Positions 1 through 9,988 of a DNA stretch of 64,000 bases are shown here, piece after piece. The position numbers were made by a program, and so were the translations under genes. Below the pieces are notes generated by a model. That model worked only from the letters and a program-made list of their open reading frames with translations. It searched no databases and was not told the DNA's origin. Source of the stretch: an uncultured Chthonomonadaceae bacterium (GTDB taxonomy: Bacteria > Armatimonadota > Chthonomonadetes > Chthonomonadales > Chthonomonadaceae); contig CAWIEK010000042.1 of the NCBI GenBank assembly GCA_963835065.1, positions 1 through 64,000 of the forward strand, in the 5' to 3' direction. The stretch's first letter is position 1; every line of letters starts with the position of its first letter.

Positions 1-2059
1 GCTTTAATCGAACCAGTGTGGAATTGAAACAATGATACGCCTTGATGCTCACATGACGGGACGGAAACAAGCTTTAATCGAACCAGTGTGGAATTGAAAC
101 GGAGTTCAGGCGCGGTTTGCAGTCCTGTGGCAAGAAGCTTTAATCGAACCAGTGTGGAATTGAAACTTCCATTCATACCCCTGTTGTGGCATAGGATGAG
201 ACAAAGCTTTAATCGAACCAGTGTGGAATTGAAACTGAAATAGCAGGCGCTGGAACGATTTTACGGGCTGGCCGGCTTTAATCGAACCAGTGTGGAATTG
301 AAACCCCATCAGCAGCACAGGCTTACGCTTAGTTTCCACTAGCTTTAATCGAACCAGTGTGGAATTGAAACCATGTTGTTCTTTGAGTGCATGTTCGCCC
401 ACCCCTGCCCGCTTTAATCGAACCAGTGTGGAATTGAAACTTAGGACAAGGAACGGCGTTCTGATGTTGTCACCTGCCGCTTTAATCGAACCAGTGTGGA
501 ATTGAAACGGGCTAAAACAACTTGCCGACACCATAGGACGCATTACAGGCTTTAATCGAACCAGTGTGGAATTGAAACCGCACGAGCTGCAAGCGAGCTT
601 GCAATCGAACCATGTGGAATTGCAAGCACTTGCACTTGAACGACGCGCTTTAATCGAACCAGTGTGGAATTGAAACGCGGCTATACCGTGCATGTGATTG
701 CGAAGTTTTAAGAACGCTTTAATCGAACCAGTGTGGAATTGAAACCGCTGGAACCCACGCAGACATAGCGCGCCATCAAAATTGCTTTAATCGAACCAGT
801 GTGGAATTGAAACCGCTTGGCGACACACCGATCCAGCTTGTCATAATTGGGACGCTTTAATCGAACCAGTGTGGAATTGAAACGCGCAAATGCTCGACAT
901 TCCGCTACGCAACATTTTATCGGCTTTAATCGAACCAGTGTGGAATTGAAACGAGAGAAAACTATGACGGATTGGGTCGAACTTAAAAGCTTTAATCGAA
1001 CCAGTGTGGAATTGAAACTAGCTCAGCGTCATTGACAGACGAGACATAGCGTTGCACCGCTTTAATCGAACCAGTGTGGAATTGAAACATGGTTCGACGC
1101 TGACGATCGCGTACCGTTTGTGCTGCTGGCTTTAATCGAACCAGTGTGGAATTGAAACCATCGAATCGCCGCATGCATCAAACCGTTGCGATGTCAACTG
1201 GCTTTAATCGAACCAGTGTGGAATTGAAACAACGATTACTACAGTTGGCAGTACCTGACACGCGTGACTGGCTTTAATCGAACCAGTGTGGAATTGAAAC
1301 GCAGAAGCGTTTCGCATATCGGCGCATACCACCTATGGCTTTAATCGAACCAGTGTGGAATTGAAACCTCCTGATCGTTGCCCGTTTGCGGATCGGCATA
1401 CCGAGCTTTAATCGAACCAGTGTGGAATTGAAACCCGAGCTGCCACGTCTGTTGCATGACCTGCTAAATCGCCGTGCTTTAATCGAACCAGTGTGGAATT
1501 GAAACAAGGGCGTCGCCCGATTATTACGCAACCGCGATTGTCCCTGCTTTAATCGAACCAGTGTGGAATTGAAACTTGGAAGGCTATCGTGTGCACGAAG
1601 ACGGCAAAGCGCTTTAATCGAACCAGTGTGGAATTGAAACGTAAACACTTGCGGACTGTCGGCGACGAAGGTTTTCCAGGCTTTAATCGAACCAGTGTGG
1701 AATTGAAACAAAGGAAAATGCATACCAATGGCATAATCAGCAACGCGCGCGCTTTAATCGAACCAGTGTGGAATTGAAACTTACGATATCGCGCCAAAAT
1801 AGGTGTTGACACGTTGCCAAGCTTTAATCGAACCAGTGTGGAATTGAAACCGCGTATGCTGTGCCTTGTGGATGAAGCCAGCTGCGTCAGCTTTAATCGA
1901 ACCAGTGTGGAATTGAAACATTGGCTTGGAGCGTTCGAATCGCTCCCACTGCTATAGAGCTTTAATCGAACCAGTGTGGAATTGAAACGTATCAAAAACC
2001 ACAAGGGAAAGCGTGTCCGCGCCGTTCCAGCTTTAATCGAACCAGTGTGGAATTGAAAC
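1..2059 (+). CRISPR. CRISPR array: 30 identical 30-bp repeats GCTTTAATCGAACCAGTGTGGAATTGAAAC, plus one degenerate repeat; probably continues left of the window
   Basis: Repeats start at 1, 71, 137 ... 1959, 2030. Spacers are 35-42 nt apart from one 68-nt interval (579-646). The 3' ATTGAAAC end is typical of Cas6-processed class 1 (type I-B/III-like) repeats and suggests + orientation. No cas gene in the window. Confidence 0.98.
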
Positions 2060-2372
2060 ACGCCGTCGTAAATGAAGGTAGTCGCTGCGCCGGTGGGATC
2101 GGTCATGCCTGTGCGGTTGTCGCCCGCATCGTAGGCGAATGTGCTTGTGCGTCCGAGCGCATCTATCTGCGTGGTCAGGCGGTTGAGGGCGTCGTACTGC
2201 AAGGTCGTGATGCCGCCATCCGAAGCCACAATGCTTGCCACGTTCCCTGCCGTGTCGTAGTTGTACGTGGTAATCAGTCCGCGCGGGTCGGTGATGGTTT
2301 GCGGCAGGCCATCGGTGGTGTAGCTGAAACTCGTCACTCTGCCAAGCGGATCGGTCTGGCGGATGCGCTGAT
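2060..2372 (-). pseudogene. Internal fragment of an RHS/YD-repeat protein
   Basis: Minus frame reads RQTDPLGRVTSFSYTTDG..TDPRGLITTYNYDTAGN..QYDALNRLTTQIDALGRTSTFAYDAGDNRTGMTDPTG..YDG, which are classic YD repeats. It has no own start or stop and abuts the last CRISPR repeat. Confidence 0.8.
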
Positions 2373-2499
2373 GGGTAGCGCGTCCCGGCAGTTCGGCGCG
2401 GAAGAGGTTTGGTAAGCAGCGGGTCGGTGTAGGCAAATTCCTCAGCCACGTTGCTTCTCCCAAAAAGGCAGTTACAGGGAACTGCGACGGCAAGCGTGT

Positions 2500-2528
2500 A
2501 ATATCATACCGCTTTCCGGCCTTGTCAA
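2500..2528 (-). promoter_or_regulatory. Putative sigma70 promoter pointing toward the CRISPR array
   Basis: TTGACA-17 nt-GATATT on the minus strand, followed by a GGAG RBS and GTG at 2449. Confidence 0.45.
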
Positions 2529-2609
2529 GCCCCTCGCAACAATATTTTACTTTTTAAGTTGTGCCACGTAATCAGGACGGGACGCCTTCTCTTTCGTTTG
2601 GAATGATTG

Positions 2610-3180
2610 TCATGGCCTCTTGCCAGCATGCACCACTAAAGCGGTGGCAAAGTCTCGATCAAACGTCCGGTGTCGGATGGCAAACGTTGCGCTCGGACCC
2701 TCACCACATCCGGCAAAGAATTGCGTAGCCGGGCCGAAGGCGTCCTTTGTCCACATAAGAGGCCCCGACCATTGTTGGTAGGCTCCTTTGCCGACTTCCA
2801 AAACAAACGACCAGGACAGTTTTCTGCTGCCAAACCTTCCCCGATGATTGCGCGTGGAGATGCGTACCCGCAGGTTCTTCCGTCCGACCAACGCTCTTAG
2901 CTCCGGCGAGGAATGATCCACCAGAATGTATATTCGCCGGGTTCGGCAGCCTTTTCGTATCGCCGCAGCCAACCTCTTGTCCCGAATGGCGGCGGCGCGA
3001 ATCTCAATGGGGTTCGTGCCGGTCGGCAATCCAATCCGCTATATTCCGGCGCTCCCCGCCAGGCCGGTTGAGGATTATCTGCGCGCAACAGGGCAGAGCC
3101 GCAAAGCCTGGAATGAGGAGCGAAATCAGCAGGAGGTAAGGCCGGCTGAGTTTAGGAAATTCGCAGCGTGGAAAGTTCAT
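2610..3180 (-). CDS. Hypothetical, possibly secreted protein, frameshifted
   Basis: ATG at 3180 just after the aminotransferase stop gives a signal-like stretch (RPYLLLISLLIPGFAALPCCA). It probably continues in the 2610..3029 frame. Confidence 0.3.
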
Positions 3181-3187
3181 AGGGCGA

Positions 3188-4357
3188 TCATATCGCTTTG
3201 ATGCGCTCTACCGCTTCCTGCAGGCGTTCGCCGTTCTTGTCGCCTACAACCGTGAGCGACATGCGGATGTAGTCCTTGCCGAACTCGCCGTAGCCGACGC
3301 CGGGAATGACCAGAACGCCCGCTTTTTCCAGCAGCAGTTTCGAGAACGACATGGCATCGTGCCCGGCGGGAACCCGCGTCCAGATGTACAGCGAAGCGTC
3401 GGGCTTGCGCACGTTCCAGCCCAATGCGTTCAGGCCGTCGCATAGAATGTCGCGCCGCTTTTTGTACAGGGCAATCGTGGCGGAATTGTCGCCGTGCAGG
3501 AGGGCATGAGCGGCGGCCAGCGAAATGGCGGGGAACTGCTTGCTGTCCAGATTGGACTTCAGCTTGTTGATAACCCCGATGGCGTCCGGGTTTCCGATGG
3601 CGAACCCGATGCGCCAGCCGGTCATGTTGAACATCTTGGACAGCGAGTGCAGTTCTACGGCCACGTCCTTCGCGCCCGGAACCTGCAACACGCTCGCCGG
3701 TTTCTTGTCCGGGTCGTAGTACACGTCGGCATACGCGGCGTCGTTGACCAGCAGCAGGTTGTGTTCGCGGGCAAAGCGTACCGCGTCTTCAAAAAACGAC
3801 AGGGGAGCGGTGGCGCTCGTCGGATTGTTCGGATAATTGAGCCACAGCAATTTGGCGCGTTTCAGCGCATCGGTTGGTATCGCCGCCAAGTCCGGCAAAA
3901 ACCCGTTTTCTTCCCGCAGCGGCATCGTCACGACTTCGCCGCCCGCCATCAGCGTGTTTACCTTATAAACGGTGTACGCCGGGTCGGGGCACAGCGAGAC
4001 ATCGCCCGGATCAATGTATGCCCACGCCAGATGCGCCAGCCCTTCCTTGCTGCCGATGAGCAGCATGGCTTCGGTTGCGGGGTCAATGTCCACATCGAAG
4101 CGGCGTTTCGTCCACGTGGCAACGGCTTCCAGAAAAGGCGTCCAGCCCGCGTTGGTTTCGTCGTAGCGGTGGGTATCCGGGTCATGGGCGGCCTGATTCA
4201 AGGCTTCGATAATGGAGGGCGGGGTCGGCTGGTCGGGGTCGCCAATCCCTAAATCAATCAAGTCCCGCCCGGCGGCAATCGCCTGACGCTTCAACGCGGC
4301 AATCTCGCCAAACAGGTACGGGGGTATCTTGTCTAAACGCGCGGCACGAGCAATCAC
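3188..4357 (-). CDS. dapL: Class I/II PLP aminotransferase, LL-diaminopimelate aminotransferase-like
   Basis: IDLGIGDPD, LIGSKEGLAHL, NYPNNPT, DAAY and SLSKMFNMTGWRIG motifs; AGGAG RBS before GTG at 4357. Confidence 0.85.
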   Translation of the reverse strand: MIARAARLDKIPPYLFGEIAALKRQAIAAGRDLIDLGIGDPDQPTPPSIIEALNQAAHDPDTHRYDETNAGWTPFLEAVATWTKRRFDVDIDPATEAMLLIGSKEGLAHLAWAYIDPGDVSLCPDPAYTVYKVNTLMAGGEVVTMPLREENGFLPDLAAIPTDALKRAKLLWLNYPNNPTSATAPLSFFEDAVRFAREHNLLLVNDAAYADVYYDPDKKPASVLQVPGAKDVAVELHSLSKMFNMTGWRIGFAIGNPDAIGVINKLKSNLDSKQFPAISLAAAHALLHGDNSATIALYKKRRDILCDGLNALGWNVRKPDASLYIWTRVPAGHDAMSFSKLLLEKAGVLVIPGVGYGEFGKDYIRMSLTVVGDKNGERLQEAVERIKAI

Positions 4358-4373
4358 GGTCACACTCCTGAAG

Positions 4374-4608
4374 AATTTTGCACCACAGAGGCACAGAGAC
4401 ACAGAGGATTCACTGAGAAAAGCAAAAGAGAACGCCGGGAAGAGCCGCGAAAGAAACGAAGCAAACGAAACTCAGAGAGATAAAGATAGGGTGCAACTAC
4501 CGGGATGCTATAAGTTTCTGTTCGCATGGCGAGCCTACTCTCAATTAATCTTACCTCATTTTCCCTCTGTGAAACCTCTGTGTCTCTGTGTCTCTGTGGT
4601 GCAAAATT
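4374..4608. repeat. MITE-like long hairpin with 34-bp inverted arms built of CACAGAGA octamers
   Basis: AATTTTGCACCACAGAGGCACAGAGACACAGAGG (4374-4407) pairs with 4575-4608 with one mismatch. Confidence 0.85.
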
Positions 4609-4613
4609 TTCTT

Positions 4614-5522
4614 TCACTCTTTGGAAACGAGGAAGCAGAGTTCGTTGGCGAAGGCGAAGCGCTGTAGTTGCCAGTGGCGGCTTTCCGGTTCGTCGGCAAG
4701 CAAGGCGCGGAAGCGGGTTTCGTAGTGGCCGCCCATCTGTTTGTTGCGTCCGCCCAGGGTGCGGGTGGGGAAGGAGACGAGGATATGTTCGGCGTTGAGG
4801 GCGTGGAGCAGGCGCAGGGTGGCGTGTTTGTCGGTTTGTTCCAGGGGCGGCAGGGCTTTGAGCAGCAGCGCTAATTGTACGGGTTGCGTGGGCGGCGCGT
4901 GAACCACGTCACAAACTTCCGCCACGCCGTTAATCCCTGCCAGCGCGAAAAAACCGTTCAGAAACGCCATCATGTCGCCATACAGGTCGCATGCATGGTA
5001 CGTGACGTCGGGCGCAAGCGGCATCCAGGGCAGAGCGAGGGGGTTTAAGCCACAGCACAAATCCAGAACGGAGCGAACGGGCGCGATGGCTTCCAGCGTT
5101 TGCGCGTAAAACGTGTCAAGCAGGGGCAGCCGTTCCCGCGTACTGGCATGGTTGGTCATGATGTCGGCGCAGGGGATGCGGAAAGGATGAAGGATGAAGG
5201 ATGAAGGATGAGAAGACAAGGATGAAGGATGAAGGATGAAGGATGAAGATTCTTCATTGCTGATTGCGTCTGTGTTGGAGGTGGCGGCTTGTTGGAGTTG
5301 TTGCAGCCAGGCGTCGTAGCGCATTTTGGGGTCGAGGAAGGCTCCGGCGATCTGGTGCAGGGTGTTTTTGGTTTCTTTAACGGCTTCTTTCAGATTGCGG
5401 CGGTTTGCCAGTTCGCGCCCGCCGACGCGCCGAATCAAATCCGGGCTGACATGCCGGTACTTCGCGCTTTCCTGTATCTCCCGCACAAGCGCGTCAACGG
5501 ACAAACCCCTTTCATCCTTCAT
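4614..5522 (-). CDS. 16S rRNA guanine-N7 methyltransferase, FmrO/ArmA/Rmt family-like
   Basis: HASTRERLP, SVLDLCCGLNPLALPW, LLLKALPPLE and VSFPTRTLGGRNKQM motifs. Carries a low-complexity heptamer-derived insert (SSFILHP). Confidence 0.85.
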   Translation of the reverse strand: MKDERGLSVDALVREIQESAKYRHVSPDLIRRVGGRELANRRNLKEAVKETKNTLHQIAGAFLDPKMRYDAWLQQLQQAATSNTDAISNEESSSFILHPSSLSSHPSSFILHPFRIPCADIMTNHASTRERLPLLDTFYAQTLEAIAPVRSVLDLCCGLNPLALPWMPLAPDVTYHACDLYGDMMAFLNGFFALAGINGVAEVCDVVHAPPTQPVQLALLLKALPPLEQTDKHATLRLLHALNAEHILVSFPTRTLGGRNKQMGGHYETRFRALLADEPESRHWQLQRFAFANELCFLVSKE

Positions 5523-6719
5523 CCTTCATCCTTGTCTTCGGATCCCTAATCCCTTGTATGAGTTGCGTCATAAAGCGAAGGTTGTGCAGGGTGGCGAGGC
5601 GGAAATACAGGGTTTCGCCGGCTTTGCGCAAATGCCGCAGATAGCCGACGGCGTAACGGGCGCAGGTGGGGCAGTCGCAGAACGCGGAAATTGGCTTGTC
5701 CACTTTGGTGTGTTTTTCGTCGTCAATGTACAGCGTGTCGAGCCATTCGTTTTTAATGAGCAACGTGGAGGTGAAATCCATCTGTGTGGGGTCGGTTTTC
5801 CAGACGTACAGGCGGCCATTGCGGGCGTCGCGGGTCGGGAGGGCGCAGTCGAAAATGCCGTAGCCCATTTGGGCGCACCGTACCACGCTTTCGGGTGAGC
5901 CGATGCCCAGCGCGTGCATGGGAAACTGCATGGGAATGGCTTCCCGCGTGGCTTGCAGCATGTCGGCAAGCAGGCTGCCATTAGCATCCAGAGGCCAGCC
6001 GCCGTACCCGTAGCCGTCGAAGCCGATGTCGAGCAGGGCGCGGGCGCAGGCTTGCCGCAGTTCGATCTGCCCGCCGCCCTGTACCACGCCGAACAGCAGC
6101 GGGCGCGGCGGATCGTCGGATTTCGCTCCGGCGCATACGCGATTTTACGCGCTTTGAGTTGCCGGACAAACTCGTCCTTGCAGCGTTTGGCCCAGGCAAT
6201 CGTGCGCGCGACGGATAGCTCCTGCGCTTCGGGACTGTCGCTCACATTGGTACAATCGTCCAGGCAGATCACCACATCCGCGCCATACGCCATTTGCAAT
6301 TGTACGCTTTTTTCGGGCGTCAGTTGGAACTCGCGCTCCGCGCCTTCCGGCTTGAACCGTATGCCCTGATCGTTCAGCGTCCCGAATTTCGCGTTTTGCC
6401 GCACCAGCGAGTACGCCTGAAACCCGCCCGAATCCGTAATAATCGGCCCCGTCCAATCCGCCATCTTGTGCAGCCCGCCCAATGCGGCAATCGTCGAAGA
6501 ACCCGGCTTTTGCATCAAGTGAAACACGTTCATCACCAGCGCTTCAATGCCCACCTGCCGCAAATCGCTCGCATCCACCGCCCGCACCACGCCCAACGTC
6601 GCGTCCGGCAAATAAATCGGCAGGCGGAGGGAACCGTGTAGGAGGTTGAGGGGGAGGAATGATGAGTGCTGAGTGATGAGTGATGAATGGGATTCTGCAT
6701 TGTATTCATCACTCATCAT
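5512..6719 (-). CDS. tgt: Queuine tRNA-ribosyltransferase (TGT) family protein, one frameshift near 6110
   Basis: DSGGFQ, CLDDC, GVVQGG, HALGIG, FDCALPTRDARNG and CDCPTC..HN zinc site, split over ORFs 5568..6860 and 5512..6087. Start uncertain. Confidence 0.85.
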
Positions 6720-6932
6720 TCCGCGTTCAGCATTGTTCTCTTCTGTTCCCTGTTCCCTGTTCCCTGTTCCCTGTTCTGTCTCCTCTTCTCCTCTTCTCCT
6801 TTTCTCCTTTTCTTCTTTTCTTCTTTTCTTCTCTTCCTTCGCCTCGCTTCTACTCGTCATCTATATCTCCCGCGCTCTCGTCTTGCCACTCTGCCGCTTC
6901 TTCATCTGCGTCGTCGTCTTCGTCTTCATCCT

Positions 6933-7640
6933 TCATCCTTCCGCCTTCCTCCTTTTGCAGCGCTGCGCGGTGACGCGCTCGATGCCGGCAATGACGACGA
7001 TGTACTCGCCTTTGAGGGTTTTCCCCTTGATGTTTTGCAGCAGGACGGAAAGGGGGGCGCGCTGTACCTGCTCGAACTTTTTGGTTAGGTCGTTGGCAAG
7101 GGCGGCGCTGCGGTCGCCGTAGACTTCCAGCGCGTCGCGCAGGCAAGATTCGAGGCGGTACGGGCTTTCGTAAAAAATGAGGGTGTGGGGCGCGGCTTTG
7201 TCGGTCTCGAAAAAGCGCTTGCGCGGCCCGGACTTGCGCGGCGGAAAGCCCCGGAACGTAAAGCTATGCACCGCCAGCCCGGACAGGACAAGCGCCATGA
7301 TCAAGCCCGTCGGTCCGGGGATGAGCGTGAACTCGTGTCCCGCGGCAATAGCCTTGCGCACCATAACAAAGCCGGGATCGGCGATGCCGGGCGTACCCGC
7401 GTCCGTGACAATCGCCACGCTTTGGCCCTGCGCTAGCATGTCCAGAATACGGTCACTGGCGCGGTCTTCGTTGTGTTCATGAAAAGAGATTTGCGGCTTC
7501 TGAATCTCAAAATGCTTGAGCAGCATCCCAGTCTTGCGGGTATCTTCGCTGGCAACAACATCCACGCTCCGCAGCGTATCCAGCGCGCGCAGCGTAATGT
7601 CCTGCAAATGACCGATGGGCGTGGCAACCAGATAAAGCAT
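6933..7640 (-). CDS. rsmI: 16S rRNA C1402 2'-O-methyltransferase
   Basis: [46 protein letters not shown]. Confidence 0.95.
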   Translation of the reverse strand: MLYLVATPIGHLQDITLRALDTLRSVDVVASEDTRKTGMLLKHFEIQKPQISFHEHNEDRASDRILDMLAQGQSVAIVTDAGTPGIADPGFVMVRKAIAAGHEFTLIPGPTGLIMALVLSGLAVHSFTFRGFPPRKSGPRKRFFETDKAAPHTLIFYESPYRLESCLRDALEVYGDRSAALANDLTKKFEQVQRAPLSVLLQNIKGKTLKGEYIVVIAGIERVTAQRCKRRKAEG

Positions 7641-7659
7641 TCTTTTCTTTCCTGACGGT

Positions 7660-8688
7660 TCACAATCCTATCTTCTGGTTTGGAAACGCTTTGGCGTAGA
7701 TTTTGGAAAGCAGGTCTATAGAAGCGCGGGCTTCGCGGCCATCCACGCGGGGCGGGCGATGTTCGCGCACGGCTGCGTAAAAATCGCGGATTTGCGCTTC
7801 ATGGCCGGCGAGTCCGATGGCGAACGGATCGGAGCCGCCGCCCGTGTGCAGGCTTTTATCGGCAAGGGTGGCGGTCAGGTCTTGCCCATCCAAACCGAAG
7901 CGGAGGACGCGGGCGTCTTCCAGAGCGGCGGAACCGTTCGTGCCATAGATTTCGATCCGGGTGGCAAGGTCGGGCAGGCAGCACGTCGTGGCCTCAATCG
8001 TGCCACGCGCCCCGCTTGCAAAGCGCACGACGGCAAACGCGAGGTCTTCCGCTTCGATGTTGTGACCGGCGGTTTCCAGATGCGCGTATTCCACTTCGGC
8101 AACGGGGCCAGCAAGCCACACCATCTGATCCAGCGAATGGATGCCCTGATTGGCAAGCGCGCCGCCGTCCAATTCCCACGTGCCGCGCCAATCGTCCTTG
8201 TCATAATACGCCTGTGAGCGCCACCACTTCACGGACATGCTGCACGACAGAATACGCCCCATACGCCCGTCCGCAATCGCCTGCCGCACCGTTTGCGCCG
8301 CTTCGCTCATGCGCCGCTGAAAAATGCAGCCCAGGCGCACATCATAACGGTCACATTCCGCAATCAGCCGGTCTGCGTTTTCCAGATTGATATCGAGTGG
8401 TTTTTCGCACAACACATGAACGCCCCGCTGTGCCGCTTCGATTCCCTGCGCCCCGTGCAGGCCGGACGGCGAGCAAATATGAACCACATCGGGATGCGCT
8501 TCTTCCAGAAATTGGACGTAGTCCAGCCAGTACGGAACATGGTGGGCGACGCTCATGCGCCGGGCGCGTTCGGGCCGATAATCGCACACGCCCGCCAGCG
8601 TCACATCGGGAATGTTGTCAATCAACTTGAGATGTTCGTTGCCCATCCCCCCGCAGCCGACCAATCCCACGCGCAGCGCTTCTCTCAT
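7660..8688 (-). CDS. Gfo/Idh/MocA oxidoreductase
   Basis: [29 protein letters not shown]. Confidence 0.92.
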   Translation of the reverse strand: MREALRVGLVGCGGMGNEHLKLIDNIPDVTLAGVCDYRPERARRMSVAHHVPYWLDYVQFLEEAHPDVVHICSPSGLHGAQGIEAAQRGVHVLCEKPLDINLENADRLIAECDRYDVRLGCIFQRRMSEAAQTVRQAIADGRMGRILSCSMSVKWWRSQAYYDKDDWRGTWELDGGALANQGIHSLDQMVWLAGPVAEVEYAHLETAGHNIEAEDLAFAVVRFASGARGTIEATTCCLPDLATRIEIYGTNGSAALEDARVLRFGLDGQDLTATLADKSLHTGGGSDPFAIGLAGHEAQIRDFYAAVREHRPPRVDGREARASIDLLSKIYAKAFPNQKIGL

Positions 8689-8712
8689 TCCGTCCAGGCT
8701 CCATAGAAAGGG

Positions 8713-9726
8713 CTACTTACCCGGCGTAACGGCGATGCCCTGCACAATGTCGAGTTTGGGCAGAGCGGCTTTCAGTTTGGCGACGCCCGCATCCGTCACT
8801 TTGGTCTGCCACACGTACAAATGGCGCAGGTTGGTCAGGCGCGTCAGTTTTTCCAGTCCCGCGTCCGTCACGCCGGTGTTGTACAGGTTCAGGTATTCCA
8901 GGCTGCGCATGTCCTGCAAGGCCGACAGCCCCGCGTCCGTAATGCGCGTGCCTTCCAGATGCAGGGCGGTAAGGTATTTCAAGCCTTTCAAGCGCGCCAG
9001 TCCCGCGTCCGTAATCGCTGCTTGTCCTAAATCAAGACGGGACGTGCCCGCGAGTTTGCTCACGGGAACCAGAGACGCATCGTTTACGGCAGCGCCCGCC
9101 ATGCGCAGATTAATGTCCAGATGGTCGTCGTTTTCGGCAAGCGGGCTGACAAGCCCGCCCATTTTTTGTATCTGCGCCAGCGCGGCGGGGTCAGGCGCGA
9201 TGCCAAGTTTTTTGACGGTTACAGGCGCGGCGGACGGCTCGCCTTTCAAGCTGACCAGAAACAGGGACAGCGCGGTCAAATCCTTGCCCTTGATGGAAGC
9301 CGCGTAACCGGGCATGGTGGAATTGGGGTTGTGCGCTTTGGGATTGGAAACCTGCTCGGCAAGCCACTGCTGCGTGTGCGCGGGCACGGCTCCGGTTGTG
9401 GTTAAAACCGGTCCCGCCGCGCCGCCCTTGCCCCCGATAACATGGCAGGTGGAGCAGCCGTTCGCGTCGTAGATTTTCTTGCCATCCGCAACGGCTGCAG
9501 CATCCCCCGCAGGGGCAGAACTGCCCGCGCCGCCCGCAGCGGCATTGCTCGCGGGTTTATCAGGCGTGGCTTTGGCGGCAGGGGTTTTATTGGCGGCCTT
9601 CGCGGGCGGCTTGGTTTTGGATTTCGGCGTGTTCTGCGCGGGCAGAGTGGTCGTTACAAACAGCGCGCTGCAAAGCAGCAGGCCGGTCATCAGCATGGGA
9701 AAAGCGGCATATTTCGTGACAGTCAA
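8713..9726 (-). CDS. Secreted c-type cytochrome fused to leucine-rich repeats
   Basis: Signal peptide, Ala/Pro/Lys linker, CSTCH haem motif with distal Met (STMPGY), then LxxLxLxxTxITDAGL repeats. Confidence 0.85.
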   Translation of the reverse strand: MTVTKYAAFPMLMTGLLLCSALFVTTTLPAQNTPKSKTKPPAKAANKTPAAKATPDKPASNAAAGGAGSSAPAGDAAAVADGKKIYDANGCSTCHVIGGKGGAAGPVLTTTGAVPAHTQQWLAEQVSNPKAHNPNSTMPGYAASIKGKDLTALSLFLVSLKGEPSAAPVTVKKLGIAPDPAALAQIQKMGGLVSPLAENDDHLDINLRMAGAAVNDASLVPVSKLAGTSRLDLGQAAITDAGLARLKGLKYLTALHLEGTRITDAGLSALQDMRSLEYLNLYNTGVTDAGLEKLTRLTNLRHLYVWQTKVTDAGVAKLKAALPKLDIVQGIAVTPGK

Positions 9727-9988
9727 CCTTGTCTCCTTGCATATATAATAGAAGAATAGAAGAGGAATCGGCGCGGCAAAAACGCTGATTTAGTTTGACA
9801 CAAAATTCCCCTTGCTGTGACAGGAATCCCGCGTTTGCGCTTTCTCGCCAAAACTTCCCACAAACATTCCTTTCTAACACTTCCGCGTCAAAACATTCCG
9901 CGCTTGTGAAACGTAAGTAATTGCACTAATGCCGCGTTCGCCAGAGAAGGCGGCGCGACAGCAATTCACAACAAGGACAACGACCATC

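Noticed and set aside
106..1777. ORFs with repeating FQFHTGSIKA / FNSTLVRLK / FNRTSVELK peptides
   Set aside because: These are translations of the CRISPR repeat, not proteins.
31..2029. Self-targeting spacers within the window
   Set aside because: No match noticed by eye; not exhaustive, needs BLASTn-short.
1549..2493. 314-aa RHS-CRISPR fusion protein
   Set aside because: Only 2060-2372 is RHS-like; the rest is chance read-through into the array and an out-of-frame upstream stub.
5512..6719. Programmed frameshifting in tgt or dcd
   Set aside because: No clear slippery site, and indels are widespread in the window, so sequencing error is more likely.
6673..7146. Low-complexity ORFs (SSSS, EDEDDD, FSFSSF)
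   Set aside because: They derive from purine/pyrimidine-biased tandem repeats and the antisense strand of rsmI.
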